32,000 nt of DNA from an uncultured Pseudomonadota bacterium (GCA_964534555.1 CAZHRK010000001.1:500600-532599); one strand, 5' to 3'; numbered from the stretch's first letter, positions 10,710-20,353 are shown. Notes: generated from the letters alone by a model not told the origin. A program made the numbers and translations.

Positions 10710-11015
10710 ATGGCAAGAAAAGCTTTAATCCAAAAAGAAATTCTTCGTCGTAACAAGGTTGCTAAGTACGCTGCAAAACGTAAAGAGCTTGTTGCTGTTA
10801 TAAAAAGCCAAAATGCTTCTTTAGAAGAGAAGCAAGCGGCACAAAAAGCGCTGAGCAAAATGCCTCGCGATGCAAGCATTACCCGCATGCGTAATCGTTG
10901 TGAAATAACAGGTCGTCCTCGTGCATATATGCGCTTTTTCAAAATGAGCCGTTTGTCATTTAGAAAGTTTGCACTCGAAGGTCTTCTTCCTGGTGTCAGA
11001 AAAGCAAGTTGGTAA
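10710..11015 (+). CDS. rpsN: 30S ribosomal protein S14 (long, non-zinc form)
   Basis: 101 aa ending ...[25 protein letters not shown]. Only one Cys, so this is the C-minus long form. Confidence 0.95.
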   Translation: MARKALIQKEILRRNKVAKYAAKRKELVAVIKSQNASLEEKQAAQKALSKMPRDASITRMRNRCEITGRPRAYMRFFKMSRLSFRKFALEGLLPGVRKASW

Positions 11016-11030
11016 TCCCTGGAGCGAAGT

Positions 11031-11423
11031 ATGTCAGTAGACACAATCAGTAATTTTCTCACTGTTATTAGAAATGGTTTGCTTGTAAGCAAACGTTCTG
11101 TAACAGTTCAGCATTCAAACATGAAGCAAGCGATTGCAAACTTGTTAAAGGCTGAAGGTTATATTAAAGACTATAAAACAGAAACAGTTGAAGGTAAGCC
11201 AGTTCTTACTGTTCTTCTTAAGTATGTTAATGGCGAATCTGTTATTCATGATATTAAACGCGTGAGCAAATCAGGTCGTCGCCATTATGAGGGTACCAAT
11301 GCCGTTAAGCCTGTTATCGGTGGTCTTGGTATTTCTGTATTAAGCACCAGCAAAGGCATTATGACAGACAAGCAAGCTCGTCAGGCAAATGTTGGTGGTG
11401 AAGTTATCTGTCACATTTGGTAA
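11031..11423 (+). CDS. rpsH: 30S ribosomal protein S8
   Basis: 130 aa with D.I.N.LT.IRN N-terminus and C-terminal GGE..C..W. Confidence 0.95.
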   Translation: MSVDTISNFLTVIRNGLLVSKRSVTVQHSNMKQAIANLLKAEGYIKDYKTETVEGKPVLTVLLKYVNGESVIHDIKRVSKSGRRHYEGTNAVKPVIGGLGISVLSTSKGIMTDKQARQANVGGEVICHIW

Positions 11424-11432
11424 GGAACGGCT

Positions 11433-11972
11433 ATGTCAAAGATTGGAAAAAGACCAATACAAATTACATCAGCCAAAGTGCAGATTGATGCAAATATCGT
11501 AACGATTGCTGGAGCAAAAGCTACATTTAAACATGAGCTTCCAGATGGTATTCTTGCAAAAGTTGAAGGCAGTGAGCTTGTTGTTTCAGCTGCTAAAGAC
11601 AACAGACGTCACCGTATGTTCTGGGGTCTGCACAGAGCACTTTTAGCAAATAAAGTAAAAGGTGCAGAAACAGGCTTTGAGCAAAAGCTGATCATTGTTG
11701 GTCTTGGATTCAAGGCGCAACTTGCAGGCTCAAAAATGACCTTTAATTTAGGTTATACGCATAAAATCGATTATGAGCTACCAAAAGAAGTTTCGGTAGA
11801 AATCGACAAAACAGGACAACAGTTGGTTTTCCGCTCAGCAGACAAATTCATTCTAGGAAATGTATGCGATGCGATCCGTTCTTTCAGACCACCAGAGCCA
11901 TATAAAGGCACAGGTATTATGAGAGATGGTGAAGTTATCTTCCGTAAAGCTGGTAAAACTAAAGCTGGTTAA
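11433..11972 (+). CDS. rplF: 50S ribosomal protein L6
   Basis: 179 aa with MSKIGKRPI N-terminus and the PEPYKGTGI...GE motif. Confidence 0.96.
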   Translation: MSKIGKRPIQITSAKVQIDANIVTIAGAKATFKHELPDGILAKVEGSELVVSAAKDNRRHRMFWGLHRALLANKVKGAETGFEQKLIIVGLGFKAQLAGSKMTFNLGYTHKIDYELPKEVSVEIDKTGQQLVFRSADKFILGNVCDAIRSFRPPEPYKGTGIMRDGEVIFRKAGKTKAG

Positions 11973-12007
11973 TAGACTGTAAATTTGGTGACTGAAGGAA
12001 ATCAACC

Positions 12008-12364
12008 GTGAGTTTAATTAAACGTTTAAGAGCGAGACATAAGCGACGCGTACTACGTGTACGCGCTGCTCAGCAGTGTCGCGGCGAAAAGCTTAGAATT
12101 TCTGTTTACAGAAGTCTTAAGCATATCTATGCACAGATTATTGATGATGTAAGTCATCAAACTCTTGCGAGCTTTTCAACAAAGCAACTTGAAGGTGTTA
12201 AGGGAAGCAAAAAAGAGCTAGCACACAAAGTTGGTTTGGAGCTTGGAAAAAATGCTGCAAGCAAGAACATTACAAGCGTGTTCTTTGATCGTGGTGGGTA
12301 TCTGTATCATGGCCGTGTTCAGGCGCTTGCAGACGGCCTGAGAGAAGCCGGTCTGAAGTTCTAA
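12008..12364 (+). CDS. rplR: 50S ribosomal protein L18
   Basis: 118 aa. GTG start lies 7 nt after GAAGGAAA. Motifs RL.V.RS.KHIYAQ.IDD and FDRGGY.YHGRV.ALAD..RE.GL.F. Confidence 0.95.
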   Translation: MSLIKRLRARHKRRVLRVRAAQQCRGEKLRISVYRSLKHIYAQIIDDVSHQTLASFSTKQLEGVKGSKKELAHKVGLELGKNAASKNITSVFFDRGGYLYHGRVQALADGLREAGLKF

Positions 12365-12388
12365 CTGTTCTTTTAAGAGACGACTATT

Positions 12389-12940
12389 ATGACAGAAGAA
12401 AAAAACACGAGAAAAATGGCTCCAGCTAGATCACAGCAGCCAGTAGAAGAGTTCGCAGAATCAGTTCTCAGCGTAAGACGTGTCGCAAAAGTTATTAAGG
12501 GCGGACGCCGCTTTTCATTTTCTGCGCTTGTTGTTGTTGGTGATCGCAAAGGTAGCATTGGTGTGGCACTTGGTAAGAGCCGAGACGTTTCATCTGCTAT
12601 TTCAAAAGCATTACGCAAAGCGCGTAAGCACATGATTACTATTCCTTTGTACAAAACAACTGTTCCGTACACTGTTGAAGGTAAGCACTCAGCAAGTAAG
12701 GTTCTTATTAGATCAGCTGCAAAAGGTACCGGAGTTATTGCCGGTGGTGCAGTTCGTTCAGTTATGGATGCTCTTGGTGTTCGTGACGTTCTTTCCAAAG
12801 TTATTGGTGCATCAAACCCACATAACGTTGTAAAAGCAACAGTCAAAGCACTTCTCAAGCTCCGTTCCGCACAGCAAATCGCTGAAATGCGTGGCAAAAA
12901 ACTTAACGATATTGTAGGAAACAACGATGTTGCAGCTTAA
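12389..12940 (+). CDS. rpsE: 30S ribosomal protein S5
   Basis: 183 aa with the RV.KV.KGGR.F.F.ALVVVGD and GTG.IAGG..R motifs. The 3' end overlaps rplO by 14 nt. Confidence 0.96.
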   Translation: MTEEKNTRKMAPARSQQPVEEFAESVLSVRRVAKVIKGGRRFSFSALVVVGDRKGSIGVALGKSRDVSSAISKALRKARKHMITIPLYKTTVPYTVEGKHSASKVLIRSAAKGTGVIAGGAVRSVMDALGVRDVLSKVIGASNPHNVVKATVKALLKLRSAQQIAEMRGKKLNDIVGNNDVAA

Positions 12941-13367
12941 TAATCTTGTAAAAATCAAAGAAGATAGAAAGAGAGTCGGTCGCGGAGGAAAACGCGGCCG
13001 CTACGCAGGTAGAGGTAAAGAGGGACAAAAGTCCAGAACTGGTTCCAATAGTGAAATCAGACCTTCATTCGAAGGTGGACAAATGCCTCTAGTGAGACGT
13101 ATTCCTCGTCGTGGTTTTACAAACGTATTTAAAAAAGTATACGCACTTGTAAATCTTATCGACCTAGAAGAGCGTTTCAATGATGGTGATGTTGTTACAC
13201 TTGCTACATTGACTGAAAAAGGTCTTGTAAAAGGTCGTAAGAACAACGCTGTTAAGGTTCTTGGACATGGCGAATTAAAGAAGAAGCTGACTGTTACAGT
13301 AAATGCAGTCAGTGAAGCTGCAGCCGATGCTATCAAGAAGGCAGGAGGCAGCGTTACATTGCAGTAG
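12927..13367 (+). CDS. rplO: 50S ribosomal protein L15
   Basis: 146 aa with the RVGRG...G...GRG.KGQK.R.G and [14 protein letters not shown] motifs. Directly follows rpsE with no rpmD between them. Confidence 0.95.
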   Translation: MLQLNNLVKIKEDRKRVGRGGKRGRYAGRGKEGQKSRTGSNSEIRPSFEGGQMPLVRRIPRRGFTNVFKKVYALVNLIDLEERFNDGDVVTLATLTEKGLVKGRKNNAVKVLGHGELKKKLTVTVNAVSEAAADAIKKAGGSVTLQ

Positions 13368-13377
13368 GAGATAGGCA

Positions 13378-14700
13378 GTGGTGGTGTTACTTCATAACCT
13401 TAAAAATATTTTTTACGTGCCTGAGTTGCGTAAGAAACTTGCTTATCTGATCGGTATTTTAGCCGTATTCAGATTTGGTGCACATGTACCAGTTCCTGGT
13501 ATTAATGGTGCAGCTCTTGCAAATTTCTTTAATACTCAGCTTGCTGGTGGTGGTTTTTTGTCATATCTTAACCTGTTCTCAGGTGGAGCTATGCAAAACT
13601 TTGCTATCTTTACGCTTGGCATGGGTCCTTATATAACCGCATCTATTATGATGCAGTTGTTAACGATCATGGTTCCTTCTCTTGAGGTTCTTGCTAAAGA
13701 GGGTGAATACGGAAGACGAATCATCAACAAGTATACACGTTATTTGACTCTTATTGTGAGCGGCCTACAGGCTTTTGGTATCGCAATGTACATTGAGCGC
13801 ACTCCTGGTATTGTTTTTGATCCAGGTTGGGGCTTTAGACTGTCAGCTGTTCTTTTCTTAACAGTTGGATCACTTTTTGTGATGTGGCTGGGTGAGCAAA
13901 TTAACACCTATGGTTTGGGCAACGGTAGCTCAATGATTATATTTGCAGGTATTGTTGCAACGTTTCCTTCAGCATGTCTTCGTTTGTATGAGGCTGTACG
14001 CCTTGGCCAGACAGATATTCTGATTGCTGTACTGCTTGCTCTTATAACACTCGGCTTTATTGTGAGCATTGTGTTTTTAGAGCGTGGTGAGCGTAAGGTT
14101 CCTGTTCAATATGCAAAACGCGTTGTTGGTCACAGAGTATTCGGCGGTCAAAGTTCATATATTCCGCTGAAACTTAATCCAGCAAACGTTGTGCCTGTGA
14201 TTTTTGCGCAATCAATTTTGAGTATGCCTGCAACGGTTGCTGGTCTTTTTGCTGCTCGTTGGCCAGAAGTACAGCGATTTGTTACAGAGTGGTTTTATGA
14301 TGAGCGCTTTATTTACAGTATTTGTAATGCAGGGTTAATTATTTTCTTTGCATTCTTTTACACAGCAATCATTTTTAATCCTACTGAACTTGCTGAAAAC
14401 ATTCGTAAATCAGGTGGTTTTGTGCCTGGGATTCGTCCTGGACGTAAGACAGCTGAGTTTTTTGATTATCTTCTGACCCGCGTTGGCTTTCCTGGTGCAG
14501 TTTATTTAGCTCTGCTTGCAATTTTGCCTTCATTGCTAAAAAACTTTATATCTTTTCCTGTGATGTTTACAGGTACAGGTCTGTTGATTGTGGTTGGCGT
14601 TGCGCTTGATGCATCAGCTCAGATTGAGTCGCATTTAATTGAGCGTCGCTATGAAGGTTTTCTGAAAACTGGTAGATTAAGAGGGCGCACTGCGCGATAG
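13378..14700 (+). CDS. secY: preprotein translocase subunit SecY
   Basis: 440 aa, polytopic and hydrophobic, in the conserved position after rplO. GTG start lies 7 nt after AGGAG. Has the SecY-like GMGPYITASIMMQLL segment. Confidence 0.95.
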   Translation: MVVLLHNLKNIFYVPELRKKLAYLIGILAVFRFGAHVPVPGINGAALANFFNTQLAGGGFLSYLNLFSGGAMQNFAIFTLGMGPYITASIMMQLLTIMVPSLEVLAKEGEYGRRIINKYTRYLTLIVSGLQAFGIAMYIERTPGIVFDPGWGFRLSAVLFLTVGSLFVMWLGEQINTYGLGNGSSMIIFAGIVATFPSACLRLYEAVRLGQTDILIAVLLALITLGFIVSIVFLERGERKVPVQYAKRVVGHRVFGGQSSYIPLKLNPANVVPVIFAQSILSMPATVAGLFAARWPEVQRFVTEWFYDERFIYSICNAGLIIFFAFFYTAIIFNPTELAENIRKSGGFVPGIRPGRKTAEFFDYLLTRVGFPGAVYLALLAILPSLLKNFISFPVMFTGTGLLIVVGVALDASAQIESHLIERRYEGFLKTGRLRGRTAR

Positions 14701-14704
14701 GTAT

Positions 14705-15394
14705 ATGAACGAGCAACAGGGTAAAAAACAAATTTATTCTTTTTTCGGACCTCCTGGTTCAGGTAAAGGTACATTGGCACAACGTTTAGTCCATGAAGAT
14801 GGGTTTATAATGTTGTCAACAGGTAATCTGTGTCGTCAACATGTGGCTACAGGAACAGAGTTCGGAAAAATGCTCAACGAATATCTTAAACAAGGGCATC
14901 TTATCCCAGATGCCCTTGTTACTGAGATGGTCGTTGATTGGCTTGAGCATTTGCCAGCGCAACAAAATACTCCAATTATTCTGGACGGATTTCCAAGGAC
15001 GCAAGGGCAAGCTGAGCTTTTTATTAATCATCTTGCAAAGCTTTCCAGCAGCTATGAGTTTACAGTTGTGTCATTTGACGTTTCTGATGATGAAATTGTG
15101 GAAAGACTTTCTCGTCGTGTCGTTTGCTCTAAAAAAGAGTGTCAGGGGACGTTTAGAGAGAGTCAGGGATATAAAGTTTGTCCTCAATGTTCATCAACTT
15201 TAGTAAAACGAGATGATGACCGCGAAGAAATTGTTCGTGAACGTCTTGCACAGTTTCCACAATACAGAGATGCATTACTGAATTTTTATAAAAGTTCAAA
15301 TCAATCAGTTTTGTATCTTGATACTTCTGGATTAAGTGCTGAAGAGCTGTTTTTCGTTTTTAAGAAAAATATTGGTCGGGGCTTAGGGAGCTAA
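14705..15394 (+). CDS. adk: adenylate kinase
   Basis: 229 aa with P-loop GPPGSGKGT and a Cys-containing lid (CSKKEC...CPQC). Conserved secY-adk-map order. Confidence 0.93.
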   Translation: MNEQQGKKQIYSFFGPPGSGKGTLAQRLVHEDGFIMLSTGNLCRQHVATGTEFGKMLNEYLKQGHLIPDALVTEMVVDWLEHLPAQQNTPIILDGFPRTQGQAELFINHLAKLSSSYEFTVVSFDVSDDEIVERLSRRVVCSKKECQGTFRESQGYKVCPQCSSTLVKRDDDREEIVRERLAQFPQYRDALLNFYKSSNQSVLYLDTSGLSAEELFFVFKKNIGRGLGS

Positions 15395-16156
15395 ATGGAC
15401 ACCGTTGTCATAAAAAATAAATCAGCTATTGAGAAAATGAGAACGGCTGGACAAGCACTTGCTCGTGTTATGCAGCAAGCTGAACAATTGATCCAGGCAG
15501 GTGTGTCAACACACGAAATCGATTTTCAAATAGAAAAGATGATGGTTGCGGCACAATTAAAGCCTGTTTGTAAAGGTTACGGGACTTATAAGCACGCAAC
15601 TTGCATTTCTGTAAATGATGTTATTGTTCATGGTGTTCCATCAAAAGAAATTATTTTAAAATCTGGAGATTTTGTTAAAATAGACGTCGTCGGTTCGTAC
15701 AAGGGTTATTGTGCGGATATGGCACGCTCATATTTTGTGGGGCAACCGTCTCCAGTTGCACAAAAAATGGCTGAAGTAGCTCAGCGTGCGCTTGATAAAG
15801 CGATTGGTCTTGTTAGGCCTGGTCAACATTTATCAACAATATCACATGCGGTGCAGCAAGAAGTTGAAGCGGCTGGCTTTGGCGTTGTACGTGATTTCGC
15901 TGGGCATGGTATTGGTAAACGTATACATGAGTATCCAGATGTTCCTAATTATGGTACGCCTGGCAAAGGTCCTGTGTTACAGCAGGGGATGACATTTGCG
16001 ATAGAGCCCATGATTACAGAAAAAAGTTATGATGTAAGAATTCTGGATGACGGGTGGACTGCTGCGACAGTAGATGGTGGTCTTGCGGCTCATGTGGAAG
16101 ACACCGTAGTGGTAACGCGTGATGGTGTTGAAATTTTAACCAGATTACAAAAGTAA
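15395..16156 (+). CDS. map: type I methionine aminopeptidase
   Basis: 253 aa with metal-ligand contexts VHG.P, D.V....GY..D, GHGIG and the conserved Glu-containing segments. Starts on the base after the adk stop. Confidence 0.94.
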   Translation: MDTVVIKNKSAIEKMRTAGQALARVMQQAEQLIQAGVSTHEIDFQIEKMMVAAQLKPVCKGYGTYKHATCISVNDVIVHGVPSKEIILKSGDFVKIDVVGSYKGYCADMARSYFVGQPSPVAQKMAEVAQRALDKAIGLVRPGQHLSTISHAVQQEVEAAGFGVVRDFAGHGIGKRIHEYPDVPNYGTPGKGPVLQQGMTFAIEPMITEKSYDVRILDDGWTAATVDGGLAAHVEDTVVVTRDGVEILTRLQK

Positions 16157-16171
16157 GAGGCTAAAAAGCTT

Positions 16172-16399
16172 ATGAAAAACAAAGAAGATGTCATTGTTAT
16201 GGATGGCATTGTTGAGAAAGCACTCCCTAACGCCATGTTTCATGTTCGTTTAGAAGGTGGTGATCATGTTGTGCTTGCTCATGTGTCTGGTAAGATGCGA
16301 ATGCACTATATCAAGCTTTTGCCGGGTGATAGAGTTGCAGTAGAGCTCTCGCCATATGACCTAACAAAAGGTCGTATCACTTCGCGTTATAAAAATTAA
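16172..16399 (+). CDS. infA: translation initiation factor IF-1
   Basis: 75-aa S1-like fold (G.V...LPNAMF.V.LE.G..V.AH.SGKMR...I...PGD.V.VE.SPYDL.KGRI..R). Confidence 0.96.
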   Translation: MKNKEDVIVMDGIVEKALPNAMFHVRLEGGDHVVLAHVSGKMRMHYIKLLPGDRVAVELSPYDLTKGRITSRYKN

Positions 16400-16435
16400 G
16401 ATTGCAATTTATAAGTTCAAATTGAGAGATGCATT

Positions 16436-16552
16436 ATGAAAGTTAGAACATCGGTAAAACCAATGTGTGATGGTTGCAAGGTTATTAGACGTGCTGGCGT
16501 TGTTCGTGTTATTTGCGAAAAGAGCCCAAAGCATAAGCAACGTCAAGGTTAA
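16436..16552 (+). CDS. rpmJ: 50S ribosomal protein L36 (zinc-ribbon form)
   Basis: Not in the ORF track. Translated by hand as [38 protein letters not shown] (38 aa, C-x2-C-x12-C-x5-H). Conserved infA-rpmJ-rpsM position. Confidence 0.93.
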   Translation: MKVRTSVKPMCDGCKVIRRAGVVRVICEKSPKHKQRQG

Positions 16553-16601
16553 TTCAAGTAGTTTGTGGCGCCATAAAGTGTTTGATTAAGAGAGGTCGTT
16601 A

Positions 16602-16988
16602 ATGGCACGTATAGAAGGTGTAATGTTACCTGCAGAAAAACGCGTAGAATATGGTTTGACTTACTTATTTGGTGTAGGTCTTACTCGTTCAAGAGAAATC
16701 TTGGCGCAAACAGGGATTAACCCTGATGTTCGCGTTAAGAATCTTACGCCAGATCAAGTTGCAGCAATTCAAAAGTTTTTAACACAAAATGTCAAAGTCG
16801 AGGGTGAGCTTCGTAAAGAAATAACCCTTAATATTAAACGCCTTCAGGAAGTCGGTTGTTATCGTGGTTCACGACATAAAAAAGCGCTTCCAGTAAGAGG
16901 ACAACGTACAAAGACTAATGCTCGTACAAGAAAAGGTCCTCGTAAGGCGTCAAATGTTGTTGCTAACAAAAAGATCGCTAAGAAGTAA
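16602..16988 (+). CDS. rpsM: 30S ribosomal protein S13
   Basis: 128 aa with MARI.GV N-terminus and the Y.L....G.G and YRG.RH....PVRGQRT.TNART.KG motifs. Confidence 0.96.
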   Translation: MARIEGVMLPAEKRVEYGLTYLFGVGLTRSREILAQTGINPDVRVKNLTPDQVAAIQKFLTQNVKVEGELRKEITLNIKRLQEVGCYRGSRHKKALPVRGQRTKTNARTRKGPRKASNVVANKKIAKK

Positions 16989-17010
16989 GCGTTAAATACC
17001 AAGGGTACAA

Positions 17011-17394
17011 ATGGCCTACAAGAAAAGTAAAAAACGTATACATAGAAACGTTGAATCTGTTGTTGCTCACGTTAAATCATCATTCAATAATACCTTGGTT
17101 ACTATTGCAACCACGGACGGTGATGTGTTGATGAGAGGCAGCTCAGGAGCTATGGGTTATAAGGGTACACGTAAAGGTACACCTTATGCTGCGACACAAG
17201 TTGCGGGCAAGCTTGCAAAAGAGATGCTCAATATTGGTGTTCGTGTTGTTGAAGTAAACATGCAGGGTCCTGGCTCAGGTCGTGACTCAGTCGTTAGAGC
17301 ATTACAATCAGCTGGTCTTGGCGTAAGCGTTCTTCGTGACGTAACCCCAATTCCTCATAATGGTTGCAGAGCTCCTAAAAAGCGTCGTGTATAA
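17011..17394 (+). CDS. rpsK: 30S ribosomal protein S11
   Basis: 127 aa with the S.NNT.VT..D..G and G.KG.RK.TPYAA motifs and C-terminal DVTP.PHNGCR.PK.RRV. Confidence 0.96.
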   Translation: MAYKKSKKRIHRNVESVVAHVKSSFNNTLVTIATTDGDVLMRGSSGAMGYKGTRKGTPYAATQVAGKLAKEMLNIGVRVVEVNMQGPGSGRDSVVRALQSAGLGVSVLRDVTPIPHNGCRAPKKRRV

Positions 17395-17434
17395 TTTTAG
17401 TTCTGATTTGTAATGCAAACGAGGTATTGATTCT

Positions 17435-18061
17435 ATGTCTACGTGTAGTAAGTGCAGACAAGCTGGTGAAAAGCTGTTTTTAAAAGGCGCAAAGTGCCGC
17501 TCCCCAAAGTGCTCACTTGAAAAGCGTCCTACTGGTCCTGGTCAACACGGTAAACGTGCTGGAACTAAAAAGCTTTCAGAATATGGTAAGCAGCTTGAAG
17601 AAAAGCAAAAAGTTAAATTGATGTATGGTGTTTTGGAGCGTCAATTCAGACGATTCTTCCAAAATGCATCACGCCTTCAAGGTGTTACAGGTGAAAACTT
17701 GGTTACCCTTCTTGAGCGTCGCCTAGACAACGTTCTTTATAGACTTAAGCTTGCTGTATCTCGCGTACAAGCTCGCCAAATGATCGTACACGGCCATGTT
17801 TTGGTTAACGGTCAAAAAGTTGATAAACCATCTTTTATTGTTAAAGTTGGTGACGTTGTTTCATTCACAGAGACAACTCTTAACAACAAAACATTTGTTG
17901 AAAACGTTATTGATAAGCGTATCAACATGAGTGTTAAGGTTCCTGAATGGCTTGATTTGCAAAAGAAAGACCGTAAGGGTGTAATCCTTCGTCTTCCTAT
18001 TCGTGCAGATGTAGCAGCTCCAATTCAAGAACACCTTATTGTTGAGTTGTACTCTAAGTAA
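17435..18061 (+). CDS. rpsD: 30S ribosomal protein S4 (Cys-rich N-terminal form)
   Basis: 208 aa. N-terminal CSKC...C....C cluster, the LSEYG.QL.EKQK motif, and an S4 RNA-binding domain (RLDNV.YRL..A.SR.QARQ...HGH..VNG). Confidence 0.95.
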   Translation: MSTCSKCRQAGEKLFLKGAKCRSPKCSLEKRPTGPGQHGKRAGTKKLSEYGKQLEEKQKVKLMYGVLERQFRRFFQNASRLQGVTGENLVTLLERRLDNVLYRLKLAVSRVQARQMIVHGHVLVNGQKVDKPSFIVKVGDVVSFTETTLNNKTFVENVIDKRINMSVKVPEWLDLQKKDRKGVILRLPIRADVAAPIQEHLIVELYSK

Positions 18062-18083
18062 TATTTTGGCATTTTTGCCACAT

Positions 18084-18124
18084 AAGCATAAACCACCACT
18101 ATCGGTGGTTTATGCTTTCTTTTC
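18084..18124 (+). terminator. strong hairpin plus T-tract between rpsD and rpoA (intrinsic terminator or attenuator)
   Basis: Perfect 14-bp stem AAGCATAAACCACC / GGTGGTTTATGCTT (18084-18097 / 18104-18117) with a 6-nt loop, followed by TCTTTTC. Confidence 0.7.
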
Positions 18125-18174
18125 GGTATTTGATTTGTGGTCAGTTGCGATTTATTTTTAAATGGATGCAGAAG

Positions 18175-19221
18175 ATGAATTATAAGCCCTTGATTCTCCC
18201 TAAAGTGACCTGGGAAACAAAAGTCTGCACAAGCACCTATGGTGAACTCGTTGTGCAGCCGCTTGAGCCTGGTTTTGGTATTACGCTTGGTAACGCTCTC
18301 AGACGCGTTATGCTTGCGTCAGTAGAAGGTTCCGCAGTTACCTCTGTTGTTATCAAGGGTGTTAATAACGAGTTTTCAGTCATCAAGGGTGTTATTGAAG
18401 ATACGCTTCACGTTCTTCTTAACATCAAAGGGATTGTTGTTAAAAATTCAACAGGTCTTCCTGGCACTATGCGTCTATCAAAGCGCGGTGAGGGTGCGGT
18501 AACTGTTGGTGATATTGAGACAGACGATCACCTTGAGGTTGTTAATAAAGATCATGTTATTGCGCATCTTGCAGTAGATGGTGAACTTAATATTGAGTTC
18601 ACAGTTGAAACAGGACGTGGATACCAGCAATCTGCATGGCCACAAGGTCAGTCACTTCAATCAGATAACAGAATTTATCTTGATGCTATGTTCAGCCCAG
18701 TGAAACGTGTTGAGTATGCAGTTGAGCAAGCTCGTGTTGGTGATCGATTTGATTGCGACAAGCTTATCCTAAGCATTCATACAAATGGTGCAGTAACTCC
18801 TCAAGAAATGATTCACTACAGCACTTCAGTGCTGCGCACACAGCTTGAGCACTTCCTTGCTGCAAAAGAGATCCCTTTTAATGAGATCTCTGGTAGCTCA
18901 GAAGTTCGCCCAACAAGCGAGGTTCGTTTTGATGTTGATAGCCCAACACGCGGTCTTCCTGTAGAGCTGTTCCTTAAGCCTATTGATGAGCTTGAGTTCT
19001 CAGTTCGTGCGCACAACTGCTTGATTGGTGCTGGTATCAAACGTGTTATCGATTTAGTTAACATGACCGAAGAGGATGTGCTTAAGATCAAGAATTTTGG
19101 TCGTAAGTCACTTAGAGAAGTTAAAGAGATTCTTTCAGCATTCAGCTTGCATTTGGGCATGAATGTAAAAGAGCTCGATTTGAAAAAAGCTATTAAAGAT
19201 CAAGAAAATCAATCTGCTTAA
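18175..19221 (+). CDS. rpoA: DNA-directed RNA polymerase subunit alpha
   Basis: Has the ...QPLEPGFGITLGNALRR.. N-terminal-domain signature and a C-terminal-domain helix-hairpin-helix (LEFSVRAHNCL...I..V.DL......L..I.NFG.KSL.E.). The ORF-track start 18112 lies inside the upstream terminator hairpin. ATG 18175 (or 18166) gives normal N-terminal spacing. The start is uncertain by 3 codons. Confidence 0.92.
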   Translation: MNYKPLILPKVTWETKVCTSTYGELVVQPLEPGFGITLGNALRRVMLASVEGSAVTSVVIKGVNNEFSVIKGVIEDTLHVLLNIKGIVVKNSTGLPGTMRLSKRGEGAVTVGDIETDDHLEVVNKDHVIAHLAVDGELNIEFTVETGRGYQQSAWPQGQSLQSDNRIYLDAMFSPVKRVEYAVEQARVGDRFDCDKLILSIHTNGAVTPQEMIHYSTSVLRTQLEHFLAAKEIPFNEISGSSEVRPTSEVRFDVDSPTRGLPVELFLKPIDELEFSVRAHNCLIGAGIKRVIDLVNMTEEDVLKIKNFGRKSLREVKEILSAFSLHLGMNVKELDLKKAIKDQENQSA

Positions 19222-19236
19222 TAAAGGTATGCTCTC

Positions 19237-19593
19237 ATGATGCACCAAAATGGCCGCAAAAAGCTGAATATGAAAACAGCGCACCGCACATCAGTGTTGC
19301 GCAACCAGCTCATTCACCTTATCAAGAACGGCTGCCTTCAATCAACAAAGGCACGTGTAAAAGAAGTACAGCGATTTGCTGAACGTATGGTTACACTTGC
19401 TCGTACAGGATATGATTTCAACACAATTCGTCGTGTTAAGTCACAACTTCCTTACGATGAAGCTGCAGTTGTTAAGCTTATCAAAGAAATTGCACCAAAA
19501 TATGTTGGTCGTCCAGGTGGATACACACGTGTAATCCCTCTTGGTCGTCGCACAAGCGATACAGCATATATTGCTCGCCTTGAGTGGGTGTAA
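19237..19593 (+). CDS. rplQ: 50S ribosomal protein L17
   Basis: 118 aa with the KL......HR....RN and GGYTR motifs. Last gene of the alpha operon. Confidence 0.95.
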   Translation: MMHQNGRKKLNMKTAHRTSVLRNQLIHLIKNGCLQSTKARVKEVQRFAERMVTLARTGYDFNTIRRVKSQLPYDEAAVVKLIKEIAPKYVGRPGGYTRVIPLGRRTSDTAYIARLEWV

Positions 19594-19620
19594 GCTTAAT
19601 AAGCTTCACATACAAGTGTA

Positions 19621-19656
19621 AAAAAAGCCCTCTGGGATTACCAGGGGGCTTTTTTA
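19621..19656. terminator. bidirectional intrinsic terminator between convergent rplQ and dcd
   Basis: A6-GCCCTCTGG-gatta-CCAGGGGGC-T6. 9-bp GC-rich stem (one G-U pair) flanked by an A-tract and a T-tract, so it reads as hairpin plus U-tract on both strands. Confidence 0.8.
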
Positions 19657-19684
19657 TTGAGCATAATAGAACGTACCGTTTGAT

Positions 19685-20257
19685 TTACATCATAGGTAAT
19701 GTGATTCCTACTTGCTTCATGTATTTGCCTTGGCGGTCTGCGTATGAAATCTCACATTCATCATCTGATTGGAAGAAAATCACCTGCGCGATTCCTTCGT
19801 TAGCATATATTTTTGCTGGGAGTGGGGTTGTATTAGAAATTTCGATTGTCACATAACCTTCCCACTCAGGCTCAAAAGGCGTTACGTTTACAATAATCCC
19901 GCAACGTGCATAAGTTGATTTGCCAAGGCAGATTGTTAGGATGTTTCGTGGTATTCTGAAATACTCAACGCTGCGAGCAAGAGCGAATGAGTTTGGTGGA
20001 ACAATACACACATCTGCATTAATTCTAACAAAAGACTCTTCTTTAAAGTTTTTTGGGTCAACTATAGAGTTGTACACATTAGTGAATACTTTAAATTCAT
20101 TTGCAACTCTGATGTCGTAGCCGTAGCTTGAGACACCATAGCTAACAATATTTGATTTTGTTTCATCACTGTTGCGTACTTGTCTATCAACAAAAGGTTC
20201 GATCATGCCACGTTCTTGTGACATGAAGCGTATCCAGCTATCAGGTTTAATGCTCAT
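19685..20257 (-). CDS. dcd: dCTP deaminase
   Basis: 190 aa with the SYGYD.R and G.S...R.G.....T..EP.W.G..T.E..N motifs typical of the Dcd/dUTPase-like fold. Strong GAGGAGG SD on the minus strand. Confidence 0.9.
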   Translation of the reverse strand: MSIKPDSWIRFMSQERGMIEPFVDRQVRNSDETKSNIVSYGVSSYGYDIRVANEFKVFTNVYNSIVDPKNFKEESFVRINADVCIVPPNSFALARSVEYFRIPRNILTICLGKSTYARCGIIVNVTPFEPEWEGYVTIEISNTTPLPAKIYANEGIAQVIFFQSDDECEISYADRQGKYMKQVGITLPMM

Positions 20258-20353
20258 AGTTCCTCCTCGTAGTCTGCTATAAACTTCATCAATTCATACC
20301 ATAAACTTAAACATCTTGATAGGCTGACCTCTGTTAAATGTGAGGAGTAAGTG

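Noticed and set aside
12373-12924. 183-aa ORF antisense to rpsE. The same applies to other long antisense or alternate-frame ORFs in the track: 10691-11092, 3484-4026, 3269-3730, 3947-4360, 5416-5895, 28414-29004 and 13001-13336.
   Set aside because: Each lies entirely inside a confidently identified or far longer sense gene, has no SD or family resemblance, and has low-complexity S/T/P/R-rich composition typical of shadow ORFs.
19584-19856. 90-aa + strand ORF spanning the rplQ/dcd terminator and the dcd 3' end.
   Set aside because: It runs through the bidirectional terminator hairpin and overlaps the well-supported convergent dcd gene. It has no SD, so it is spurious.
20258-20350. Divergent promoters in the dcd-ldh spacer (TTGATA 20316-20321, TTAAAT/TAAATG nearby).
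   Set aside because: Spacing between the candidate hexamers is 12-13 nt, so no convincing sigma70-type pair exists. Promoters must be present here but cannot be placed from sequence alone.
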